NCBI GenBank assembly: GCA_039794005.1
Contig: JBAMMA010000005.1
Location: forward strand, 1-44,524
Direction: 5' to 3'
Origin: Thermoplasmata archaeon
GTDB lineage: Archaea > Thermoplasmatota > Thermoplasmata > Thermoplasmatales > ARK-15
Length of the DNA: 44,524 nucleotides
The translations under genes and the position numbers were made by a program. The notes under the pieces were generated by a model, which worked only from the letters and a program-made list of their open reading frames with translations, had not been told where the DNA came from and ran no database searches. Positions 1-8,683 of the stretch are shown in pieces. How positions within the stretch are numbered: position 1 is the stretch's first letter; each line of letters begins with the position of its first letter.

Positions 1-86
1 ACAGAATAATCCCAAAGTTCTTAGATAAACATCTGCCGTGATCTTTGAACCTGCTTTTATTTAAAGTATTCGCTTATGAATGTTAG

Positions 87-159
87 CGGGCCTGCCGGGA
101 TTTGAACCCGGGTCCAGGGATCCGAAGTCCCTGAGGATCATCCACTACCCCACAGGCCC
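87..159 (-). tRNA. tRNA-Arg(UCG)
   Basis: Reverse complement folds as a cloverleaf: acceptor GGGCCTG/CAGGCCC, anticodon arm AGGGA-CTTCGGA-TCCCT, T-loop GGTTCAAATCC; no intron, no encoded CCA. Confidence 0.95.
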
Positions 160-277
160 TATGTTATCAATGAAAATCTATTTTTAAATGTTTATTTTAT
201 TCTATTTTTGATAATTAAAGGAAATTTGATTAAAATTATAAATAAATTATAAATATAATAATTTCAGTATTTTTATC

Positions 278-949
278 ATGGAAAAGGCATTTAATTTTTT
301 AACTGCAATAATAATATTTTCAGTTTTTAATATAACTTTTACAAATTTATAATTCTCTGATAAGAACTCCCATATTTTTTTATTGGTGAATGGATATACA
401 GCAAGTGAAAATGGAGATTGGGTATATGGCATAAACATATATCAACAATTGGCAGAGGCAGGATATCTTTTAGGAATAGTATCGTACTATGGGCCATTTG
501 TAATCAATTTTAGCAATGGATACCAATACATAATTGTAAATTTAACAAATCTATGGGTCAATTTTAATTTTGAAATAATATCCCACAGCATGGGCGGATT
601 AATGACGATGTACATGCTTGAAAATTATGTTCTGCCAGTAAATTTGCTGAATGTAATAACAATCGGGACGCCTTTCAAAGGATCTAACTTAGCATTGGTA
701 TTACATGTTATCGGTGAATTAGGTATAAATATAACTTTCAACGGAGCAAGCGGTTTTACGAACATGGGATACCAAGATATAGAACCTGAGCAGAATTCAG
801 CATCCCTAAATAACCTGAATGAATATCAATCAAACGTTACATCAAATTATCCAAACGCTGTAATAATTGCATATGAAGGCAAATATGACCCATGGGGAAG
901 GATATATAGCATTTCCATTTCAGAAGAAAAATGGTTTGGTATCTGTTAA
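278..949 (+). pseudogene. Degraded secreted alpha/beta-hydrolase (lipase/esterase-like)
   Basis: ATG at 278 encodes a signal-peptide-like stretch in frame with ORF 383-949 but interrupted by TAA at 350-352. Nucleophile elbow SHSMGG and ITIGTPFKGS are present; the oxyanion motif reads LLVNG instead of LLVHG; the C-terminus looks truncated. Confidence 0.65.
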
Positions 950-1123
950 ATCTGCATTCCCCATATCGGGAACAATATACCCTCTGGGGAATATGTTACT
1001 TTGAAGAGAAGAACGTTTCAAATAAAATTTTGAATAATCTATCGGGAAATTATTAATTTTCATAAAATTTCTATTTTTTAATAAAATTTATCTATCTGAA
1101 AAATATAGATAATTGAATTCGGG

Positions 1124-3367
1124 ATGAAAATAGTAATAATTGCGGAAAAATATAGTGTTGCTGAGAAAATTGCATATTATCTTTCAGATGGAAAAGCAAA
1201 AAGATTGAAAAAGAAAAATGAAACATACTTTGAATTTGAAAAAGAGGGTAATGAATATTATGTTTTAGGTTTAAAGGGGCATGTTATTGAACTTGATTAT
1301 CCAGAAGAATATAAGGATTGGAAAAAGGAAGATTTAGAGAATTTAATAACAGTAGAAACGATAAAAAAGGTAAAGCACAAAAATACAGTGGATTTGGTTA
1401 AGGAATTATTATCGGATGCGGATGAAGTTATTATAGCAACCGATTATGATAGAGAGGGAGAGTTAATTGGAAGAGAAATAATAGAGGTTGCAAATTATAA
1501 AGGAAAAATAAAAAGGGCAAAATTCAGTGCTGTTACGAAGGGTGAAATTTTAGAATCTTTTAAAAATCTCGAAAACATAAACAACAATTTAGCTGATGCT
1601 GCAGAATCCAGGCAGAAAATAGATTTGATCTGGGGAGCCACATTGACAAGATTTTTCTCTTTAGTTTCTAATCAGAGATGGAAAAACTTTATTTCTGTGG
1701 GAAGAGTCCAAAGCCCTACACTCGCTCTGATTGTAAACAGGGAAAGGGAGATCCAGAACTTCGTACCAAAGTCCTATTGGGACTTAGTTGCATATATTGG
1801 AAATGTAAAGGCAGAGCATACAAAAAACCCTTTCTGGGAAAAACCAGATGAAATATATGAAAAGGTAAAAAATGAAAAGGAAGGGCAAGTTGTGAAATAT
1901 GAAGAATTTGAAAAGGATGTCAGACCCCCTATTCCTTTCAATACAACAGAATTTCTTAGAGAGGCCACAAAGCTTGGAATTTCTGTTGGTAGAGCAATGA
2001 CTATTGCAGAAGATCTTTATTCAAATGGATATATTTCATATCCAAGGACTGACAATACCGTATATCCAAGAACCATAAATTTAATTTCAATTGTGAAGCT
2101 ATTTGAAGACAGTGAATACGGGAAATATGCAAAGAATATTCTAAAAAGGGAAAAGATAATTCCAACAAGGGGAAAAGTGGAAACAACAGACCATCCACCA
2201 ATATATCCGGTAAAATCCATAAAAAAAGGTGAATTGAAGGGAGATTATTTAAAAATATATGACTTAGTGGTGAGAAGGTTTTTGGCAACTCTTTATGATC
2301 CCGCTAAGATATTGATGAATGAGGCAGACATAAACATAAAAGGTGAGATTTTTTCAGCAAAAGGAATAAAGATTATAGATGAAGGTTGGATGGAAGTTTA
2401 TCCTTTTCTTAAAATAAAGGAAAGGCCACTCGCTAAAATTTCCGGAAATGTCAGGATAGACAAGATCGAGATGGTGGAAAATAAAACAAAGCCGCCAGAA
2501 AGGTACAACCAAGCAACGCTGATAAAAGAAATGGAAAACCTTAACCTTGGTACTAAAAGTACAAGGCATGAAATAATCGAAAAACTTTACGAAAGAAAAT
2601 ACATAGAAGGATCTACAATAAGGCCAACAAACCTTGGTATATCCCTGGTTAATGCTATGGAAAAAAATAATGTAGATGCTATTAAGCCAGAAATGACTGC
2701 AAAGCTGGAAAAAGATATGGATATGATAGAAAAGGGAAACAACACAAAGGAGAATGTTGTGAATGAATCTCGAGAAATGCTCAAAAAAATACTGAAAGAA
2801 CTGTTTAAAAATGAAAAAAACATTTCTGAAACCATTAAAAATGGAATCTCATCCGATAAAATAATAGGTAAATGCCCTAAGTGCGGTTCAGATCTATATT
2901 TGGAAAGGGGTAATGGATATAGGTATGTGGTATGTTCAAAGTATCCAGAGTGTGATTTTAGATTTTACCTTCCAAAGACCGGACAGATTGAATTAACCGA
3001 TGATAGATGTCCAGTATGCGGACTTCCACTCATACGTGTAAAAAGAAAAGGCCAAAATGTTGAAACGAGATGCATAAACCCGAAATGTGAATATAATCTC
3101 AAAAATGAAATACTGGGTGTTTGTCCGGTGGATGGAGGCAACATAGTTGTAAGGCAAGGCAGGAACGGGAAGAAGTTTGCTGGATGCTCCAACTATCCAA
3201 AATGCAAGGTAATATACCCATTACCCCAAAAAGGGAAAATAATACCAACGGGCGAAAAATGCAAGATTTGCAATTCTCCAATAGTAATTGTTGATTATGG
3301 CAAAAATAAGAAAAAGATATGTTTAAATCCAAAATGTGAAAATAACAGAGGGATCAGTGATGAATAG
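1124..3367 (+). CDS. topA: DNA topoisomerase IA with C-terminal Zn ribbons
   Basis: TOPRIM IIAEK, ATDYDREGE, GRVQSPTL, catalytic ISYPRTD, repeated C-terminal CxxC motifs. Confidence 0.97.
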   Translation: MKIVIIAEKYSVAEKIAYYLSDGKAKRLKKKNETYFEFEKEGNEYYVLGLKGHVIELDYPEEYKDWKKEDLENLITVETIKKVKHKNTVDLVKELLSDADEVIIATDYDREGELIGREIIEVANYKGKIKRAKFSAVTKGEILESFKNLENINNNLADAAESRQKIDLIWGATLTRFFSLVSNQRWKNFISVGRVQSPTLALIVNREREIQNFVPKSYWDLVAYIGNVKAEHTKNPFWEKPDEIYEKVKNEKEGQVVKYEEFEKDVRPPIPFNTTEFLREATKLGISVGRAMTIAEDLYSNGYISYPRTDNTVYPRTINLISIVKLFEDSEYGKYAKNILKREKIIPTRGKVETTDHPPIYPVKSIKKGELKGDYLKIYDLVVRRFLATLYDPAKILMNEADINIKGEIFSAKGIKIIDEGWMEVYPFLKIKERPLAKISGNVRIDKIEMVENKTKPPERYNQATLIKEMENLNLGTKSTRHEIIEKLYERKYIEGSTIRPTNLGISLVNAMEKNNVDAIKPEMTAKLEKDMDMIEKGNNTKENVVNESREMLKKILKELFKNEKNISETIKNGISSDKIIGKCPKCGSDLYLERGNGYRYVVCSKYPECDFRFYLPKTGQIELTDDRCPVCGLPLIRVKRKGQNVETRCINPKCEYNLKNEILGVCPVDGGNIVVRQGRNGKKFAGCSNYPKCKVIYPLPQKGKIIPTGEKCKICNSPIVIVDYGKNKKKICLNPKCENNRGISDE

Positions 3368-4208
3368 ATCATACATCCCATATATTATGATGATTCTTTC
3401 ATACATTTCCACCATACTTGCAGGTATTTTTTATTTTATTTTATTTGTTCCAACAAATGGGCAAAAAACACAGCAAAACAATAACAGTTTTATCGTCATT
3501 TATTATTTGATACTCATATTTGCCTTCACGGCACTGATATATTTCCTTTTCAAAAAGAAAAAAGGTAATTACGTTAAAATATTCTATTACATTGTTACAT
3601 TTTATATTCTATTCTTTGGAATTTCCACGATAATTTCACTGGCATTCTTTTTTGTTTCCAATAATCTAAATCTTGTAATTTCCATAATACTTGGCCTTCT
3701 GCTTTCATTCTTAGCAGTACATAGAATATGGAACAGGGATTGGTTCGTTTTGGACCTATCTGGGATAGTAATATCCTCATTTTCAGCCGCAATTGTGGCA
3801 ATATACCTCGGTTTAATACCGATTGTTATATTATCAATAATTCTGATATTTTACGATTTTATATCAGTAAATATCACAAAACACATGGTAACTCTTGCAC
3901 AAGAATCAACAAAAAATAATATACCTTCATTATTCATTTTTCCTGAGAATGAAAATTTCGTAATTGGTGAAGGTGAAAGGAATGGTATTCTGCTAGGCCT
4001 TGGGGATTCTACGATTCCCACAATGATTATACTTGCAACATTTTACCAATTAGGCATATATGGTTTAATATTAACATCGATTTTCACCATGTTTGGACTT
4101 TTATTGTTGATTTTTTTCAGCACCAAGAAGAGGCCTTTGCCAGGACTACCATTTCTTAACACATTTGCTTTGATTGGACTCCTTTTATCGTTTTTAATAA
4201 AATTTTAA
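3360..4208 (+). CDS. Presenilin-like intramembrane aspartyl protease (GxGD family)
   Basis: Multi-TM protein with YD, LGLGD and PAL-like LPGLPF motifs; the ATG at 3360 overlaps the topA end. Confidence 0.9.
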   Translation: MNRSYIPYIMMILSYISTILAGIFYFILFVPTNGQKTQQNNNSFIVIYYLILIFAFTALIYFLFKKKKGNYVKIFYYIVTFYILFFGISTIISLAFFFVSNNLNLVISIILGLLLSFLAVHRIWNRDWFVLDLSGIVISSFSAAIVAIYLGLIPIVILSIILIFYDFISVNITKHMVTLAQESTKNNIPSLFIFPENENFVIGEGERNGILLGLGDSTIPTMIILATFYQLGIYGLILTSIFTMFGLLLLIFFSTKKRPLPGLPFLNTFALIGLLLSFLIKF

Positions 4209-4214
4209 ATATTA

Positions 4215-4571
4215 TCAGTATTCATCTTCATCCTCATCCTCATTGTTTGTCAAAGTCTCATAATTATCATACCAGTCGGTGGTCATTTTGAATATATGCA
4301 TTATATCGTTATAATAAAAACCAATTTCTATTAAGCCAACATCGTTTCTGTATCTTCTTATGTCCAGATCATTTCCGGTCAAATAGAAAATGTATATCAT
4401 CCTTACGTTCAATTTTCTAGCAATTTCTATAAATCTTTCCCAATCTCCTTCTGGACTATAATATTCCACATATTCCGAAAATTCGCTCAAAGAATCTGTT
4501 GAAGTAAAAATTATGAATTCATTTTTAAGCATATTTTCAATATCATTCAAAATGTTTCCCAGTGATTTCAT
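4215..4571 (-). CDS. Hypothetical protein with acidic tail
   Basis: ORF re-started at ATG 4571 behind a GGTGA RBS; the longer track call overlaps tRNA-Ala. Confidence 0.7.
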   Translation of the reverse strand: MKSLGNILNDIENMLKNEFIIFTSTDSLSEFSEYVEYYSPEGDWERFIEIARKLNVRMIYIFYLTGNDLDIRRYRNDVGLIEIGFYYNDIMHIFKMTTDWYDNYETLTNNEDEDEDEY

Positions 4572-4627
4572 TTTTTCACCGCTATAACATATATTTCTAT
4601 TTAATAATATAAAACTTATTAAAAAGG

Positions 4628-4700
4628 TGGACCGGTGGGGATTTGAACCCCAGGCCTCCACATTGCAAGTGTGGCGATCTACCAGCTGATCTACCGGCCC
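4628..4700 (-). tRNA. tRNA-Ala(UGC)
   Basis: Acceptor GGGCCGG/CCGGTCC, anticodon arm CCACA-CTTGCAA-TGTGG, T-loop GGTTCAAATCC. Confidence 0.95.
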
Positions 4701-5453
4701 TTATTTCATACCTATATCATCTTCCATCTTTCTTCTCTCTTTTTCCCTTCTTTTTCTCTTTTCCTCTTCTATTGATTTTAACTCCTCTTCTGGAATTTCT
4801 ACCTCCTTTTGTTCCGGCTTTTCGAAATATCCTGGAGGTATCTCCTTTGTAATGTAAATCTTATCATTTGCTTTAAATATAGGCTTACCGTCATCTATCA
4901 ATTTTTTAGCATTTATTTCCAATACAATGGGATTATCGCTTCTATGCCTTCCCGCAATGTATGCCTCCTCATACGTTCCTGAGAGATGAACCCACTTTCT
5001 TTCACCTGGCTTTATGCCTATTTCATTAATAAATTCTTCCTCCTCAGGGACTATTGCATAATATAACCTTTCTGGTATATTATCACTCGGAAGATCGCTC
5101 AGATCTACGTTTATTGAATGACCGTATGTTGCCCTTACCTTGCCGTTAATTTTATCATATTGAAATCTGCCCTTTGGGTCTGTTAATATGAAAGCCTCAA
5201 TATGATATGGTTTTAACCATCTGAACTTCCTGTCTTTTCTTTTAATACCTTCTACAATATCATTGATCTTCGCCCATCCGTTTTGATCTAACCTTACGTT
5301 AAAATTTTCTGGAAAATGCCTTAAAATTCCTGTTATGATTCTGCTTAATGCCTCTACCTCCCAATCATTCAAAATTAATTTACCATTATCTCCACAAACT
5401 GGACACTTCTCTCCCCTGAATGGGCCATGTTTTATACAAGATTTTATTTTCAT
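4701..5453 (-). CDS. kptA: RNA 2'-phosphotransferase (Tpt1/KptA) with N-terminal Zn-ribbon
   Basis: LRH, KGRF, RATYGHS and VHLS motifs; N-terminal CxxH...CxxC. Confidence 0.93.
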   Translation of the reverse strand: MKIKSCIKHGPFRGEKCPVCGDNGKLILNDWEVEALSRIITGILRHFPENFNVRLDQNGWAKINDIVEGIKRKDRKFRWLKPYHIEAFILTDPKGRFQYDKINGKVRATYGHSINVDLSDLPSDNIPERLYYAIVPEEEEFINEIGIKPGERKWVHLSGTYEEAYIAGRHRSDNPIVLEINAKKLIDDGKPIFKANDKIYITKEIPPGYFEKPEQKEVEIPEEELKSIEEEKRKRREKERRKMEDDIGMK

Positions 5454-5627
5454 TTATACACCTAATTCTATCATTGATTATTATAATAAAAATTTTTTTC
5501 TACAATCTAATCAACATATGTTTAATATTTTCTGAATTTTTTAAAGATTTTTATTTTGATTTTATATATTTCATTTATGCCCAAAATATGAAGATTTCAT
5601 TATAGCATTAAGAAAAATAAAATTATG

Positions 5628-5643
5628 GAAAAATATTTAATAT
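5628..5643 (+). promoter_or_regulatory. Putative BRE/TATA promoter of the H/ACA-like RNA
   Basis: GAAAAA followed by TATTTAATAT, about 20-25 nt upstream of the first hairpin; AT-rich background limits certainty. Confidence 0.4.
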
Positions 5644-5660
5644 TAATTGTAAATAAAATG

Positions 5661-5852
5661 ATGTTTCCGTTGAGGAAGCGGTATATATCGGTGATATACC
5701 GTGACGGCGGAAACGTATAGGATGGCCCTGGGCAACGCAGGGATTGTGGTGTGTCACCACGTACGTGAACATGTGTCCAGCAGGGCTATCCATAACCCCG
5801 GCATGGGTCAGACTTCCGGAAAATGATGGATAGTTGTTAATGCCGGGGTATA
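5661..5852 (+). ncRNA. Three-hairpin box H/ACA-type pseudouridylation guide RNA
   Basis: GC-rich island in an AT-rich intergenic region. Hairpins at 5661-5716, 5720-5791 and 5795-5849 are each followed by ATA (ANA box). G-U pairs favour the + strand. Hairpins 1 and 3 have internal pockets 14 nt from the ANA box. Hairpin 3 has a K-loop (TCC-G-GA-AAAT-GA-T-GGA). Confidence 0.82.
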
Positions 5853-5948
5853 ATATATTAAAATTTTATTTTAATAACAAAAAAGAAAAACTATTAATCT
5901 CAATTTTGATAATTATTTTACATTGGTAAATTCATTGGAGGGTATTTA

Positions 5949-6149
5949 ATGAACAGATGCATAATATGTGGAGCTCCGATTAGGGAGGGAACATCTATGT
6001 ATTGTATAGATTGTTTGTACGAAATGAAAAGGGTAAGATTGAAGGATGATGAACCCTTGGAAGAATTTATAGAAAGAAAGAGGGAAAATAACGTTGAGTT
6101 GAAAAATCATGAAAATGTTGCAAAATTAGAGAGGTGGTTTGAAATATGA
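5949..6149 (+). CDS. Small CxxC-x10-CxxC zinc-finger protein
   Basis: CIIC...CIDC; GGAGG RBS; ATGA overlap with the next gene. Confidence 0.75.
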   Translation: MNRCIICGAPIREGTSMYCIDCLYEMKRVRLKDDEPLEEFIERKRENNVELKNHENVAKLERWFEI

Positions 6150-7291
6150 AAATCGAAGATATGTATGTGAAGGATGTAATGAATCCAAATCCCATTTATG
6201 TGGAAGAGAATGAGGTTTTGTCTAAGGTAATATCCAAAATGAAAGAACACCAGATACACGAACTACCAATAGTGGATTCAAAGAAAAAGGTAGTTGGATA
6301 TATAGACTTTGAACATCTCATGAAGAGAAGAAGCATACCCATAACTTCAAAGGTTTCTACCGTCATGATAAAGCCACCAAAGGTAATGGACAGTACGCAT
6401 GTAATAGATGCAATAAAAATAATGGCAAACAACGGTTTGAGAGCAATTCCCGTTACGGATGAGAGTGATACTTTGGTGGGTTTAACTACAAGAACAGATT
6501 TTACAAAGGCATTGCTTAATGCAGAATCATTCACATCAAAACCCGTTGAGGAAATTATGGTCGAAAATCCGGTGGCTGTCCTGGAAGATTCAACGATATA
6601 TGAAGCCTTAGAAAAAATGAGAAAATTGGATGAGATGAGCATACCCGTTGTAAACGAACATAACCATCTCAAAGGAATGGTTCATATTAAAGACATTTCA
6701 AATGCATTGTGGAGGGATAAGGAAAGACCAACCCTGGGAGACATGCATGGTGAAAAGGTAAGGCAGACATTTTTAGTAAAGGATTTTCTATCTCCACCAG
6801 TGAATGTTTTAAAAAATGATAAAATAAAAGACGCGATAAAGGCAATGCTAGATTTAAAGTCACATGTCGTTGCAGTAACCGACAACGAGGGAAAGCTCAT
6901 TGGAATATTGACACAAAAGGATATAATTGAACATTATGCAAGTTCAAAGGCGGAAGAAATGGCGGTAGTCCAGATAACAGGTCTATCTGAGGGGGATGCA
7001 ATACTATTGGATTCCATTTATTCAATTATTGAAAGAGACCTTAAGAAAATGGCAAAGTTTGAAAATTACAAACCATTGTCATTGACTCTTCATGTTGAAG
7101 AGCACGTATCAAAGACATCTGAAATTGTTTACGTTGTAAGGGCAAAGCTGATTACAGAAAAGAAGGTGTTTTATTACACAGACCAGGATGCAAATCTTTT
7201 AGCACTCGTTGACAGGGTCATGGATTCATTGCATAGGATGGTAAGAAAGGAGAAGGAAAAGGAAAAAGAATTGAGGAGATTTATGCCATGA
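6146..7291 (+). CDS. Four-CBS-domain protein with C-terminal HPF/RaiA-like domain (Hib-like ribosome hibernation factor)
   Basis: Four CBS repeats (VKDVM, VSTVM, VEEIM, VKDFL), then about 110 aa with an HPF-like beta-alpha-beta-beta-beta-alpha pattern ending DANLLALVDRVMDSLHRMVRKEK. Confidence 0.8.
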   Translation: MKIEDMYVKDVMNPNPIYVEENEVLSKVISKMKEHQIHELPIVDSKKKVVGYIDFEHLMKRRSIPITSKVSTVMIKPPKVMDSTHVIDAIKIMANNGLRAIPVTDESDTLVGLTTRTDFTKALLNAESFTSKPVEEIMVENPVAVLEDSTIYEALEKMRKLDEMSIPVVNEHNHLKGMVHIKDISNALWRDKERPTLGDMHGEKVRQTFLVKDFLSPPVNVLKNDKIKDAIKAMLDLKSHVVAVTDNEGKLIGILTQKDIIEHYASSKAEEMAVVQITGLSEGDAILLDSIYSIIERDLKKMAKFENYKPLSLTLHVEEHVSKTSEIVYVVRAKLITEKKVFYYTDQDANLLALVDRVMDSLHRMVRKEKEKEKELRRFMP

Positions 7292-7300
7292 GTGATTCCT

Positions 7301-8683
7301 ATGGATATTGAAAAATATATATCAATATTGGAAAAGGAATCAAAGTATGCAGAGATCAGATTGATGAAGATTAAAACAAATTCGATCACTTACAAAAATG
7401 GTACCATTGTGGGTATAGAATCCTCTGAAGTCGAAGGTCTTGCAATGAGGGTTTTAAACAACAACTTTGCATTTGTTTCAACAAACAGTTTTCAGGAATC
7501 TGACATAAAAAGGTCTATAGAAAGGGTTATAAAAATTTCAAAAATGAAAGAAAAAAGGGATGTACTGCTATCAAATGAAAAGGCTATAAAAGATAGTTAT
7601 GTCGTAGAAGAAAAGAAGAAGATTGAGGATTTTCCATTGGAAGAAAAGATATCAATTCTATCGGACATTGATAAAAGCCTGAATGAAAATAATTTGCCCA
7701 TGAGAATTTTGCATTTGAGGGATAAAATACAGGATATTGAGTATATTAACACAGAAGGTACATGGATACACGGGATAATACCTAACATTTATTATTTTTT
7801 CTATGTAGGAGCGTTGGAAAATGGTAACTTTGAACAGGTTTCAAGGGAATATGGTATGAGCGGTGGATATGAATTTGTTAAGGATATGGACATTATGGGG
7901 AAAAGCGTGGAGGAGTCCAAAAAGCTTTTAAAGATTTTAAAGGCCAAAAAATTACCTGAGGGAAAAATGGATATAATAATAGGACCTGAGGTATCCGGGA
8001 TCGTGGCACACGAATCATCAGGCCATCCAATGGAGGCGGACAGAGTAATTGGAAGGGAGGCAGCACAAGCAGGTGAATCATTCGTTAAGGTTGATAGCAT
8101 AGGACAAAGGATTGGAACGGATTTAGTTAACGTTGTTGATGACCCGACAATAGAGAGAAGTTTTGGATACATGAAATATGATTTTGAGGGCGTAAAAACG
8201 AGAAAAAAGTATCTATATAAAAACGGGATTATAAACGAATTCCTACTAAATAGGGAGTATGCAGGCCTACTCGGAAAGGAGAGCAATGGATCAGCAAGAT
8301 CTTCATCATGGGATGTGGAGCCAATTGTGAGGATGAGCAATACATATATAGAGCCAGGAAACTTCACCTTGGAAGAGATGGTAAAAGATGTGAAGTATGG
8401 AATACTCATGAATTCATTTACAGAATGGAATATTGATGACATCAGATTCAATGAGAAGTATGTAGGCAGGGAGGCTTATCTTATTGAAAATGGTGAAATC
8501 AAAGATCCCGTCAGGAGACCCGTATTGGAAACCACAACATTAAAATTCTTCTCAAGTGTAGATGCCGTTTCCAAAGACCTAGAATTCTTTGCCGGAACAT
8601 GTGGAAAAGGTGATCCAATGCAGGGCGTGGATGTCTGGATGGGTGGACCTTACGTTAGATTGAGGGACATTTACATAAGGTGA
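7301..8683 (+). CDS. tldD: TldD metalloprotease subunit
   Basis: HESSGHPMEAD (HExxxH), VRMSNTY, GTCGKG motifs. Confidence 0.93.
   Translation: MDIEKYISILEKESKYAEIRLMKIKTNSITYKNGTIVGIESSEVEGLAMRVLNNNFAFVSTNSFQESDIKRSIERVIKISKMKEKRDVLLSNEKAIKDSYVVEEKKKIEDFPLEEKISILSDIDKSLNENNLPMRILHLRDKIQDIEYINTEGTWIHGIIPNIYYFFYVGALENGNFEQVSREYGMSGGYEFVKDMDIMGKSVEESKKLLKILKAKKLPEGKMDIIIGPEVSGIVAHESSGHPMEADRVIGREAAQAGESFVKVDSIGQRIGTDLVNVVDDPTIERSFGYMKYDFEGVKTRKKYLYKNGIINEFLLNREYAGLLGKESNGSARSSSWDVEPIVRMSNTYIEPGNFTLEEMVKDVKYGILMNSFTEWNIDDIRFNEKYVGREAYLIENGEIKDPVRRPVLETTTLKFFSSVDAVSKDLEFFAGTCGKGDPMQGVDVWMGGPYVRLRDIYIR

Noticed and set aside
4572-4661. N-terminal extension of ORF 4215-4661
   Set aside because: Overlaps tRNA-Ala; a better start with an RBS exists at 4571.
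5670-5707. Minus-strand reading of hairpin 1 as a guide for 16S AAGGAA-UU-GGCGG
   Set aside because: G-U pairs, ANA boxes and the K-loop work only on the + strand; treated as coincidence.
5661-5852. SRP RNA, RNase P RNA, 5S rRNA or box C/D RNA identity for the GC-rich island
   Set aside because: Lacks the SRP helix-8 motif, the RNase P conserved regions and the 5S architecture; ATGATG at 5658 is not followed by properly spaced D'/C'/D boxes.
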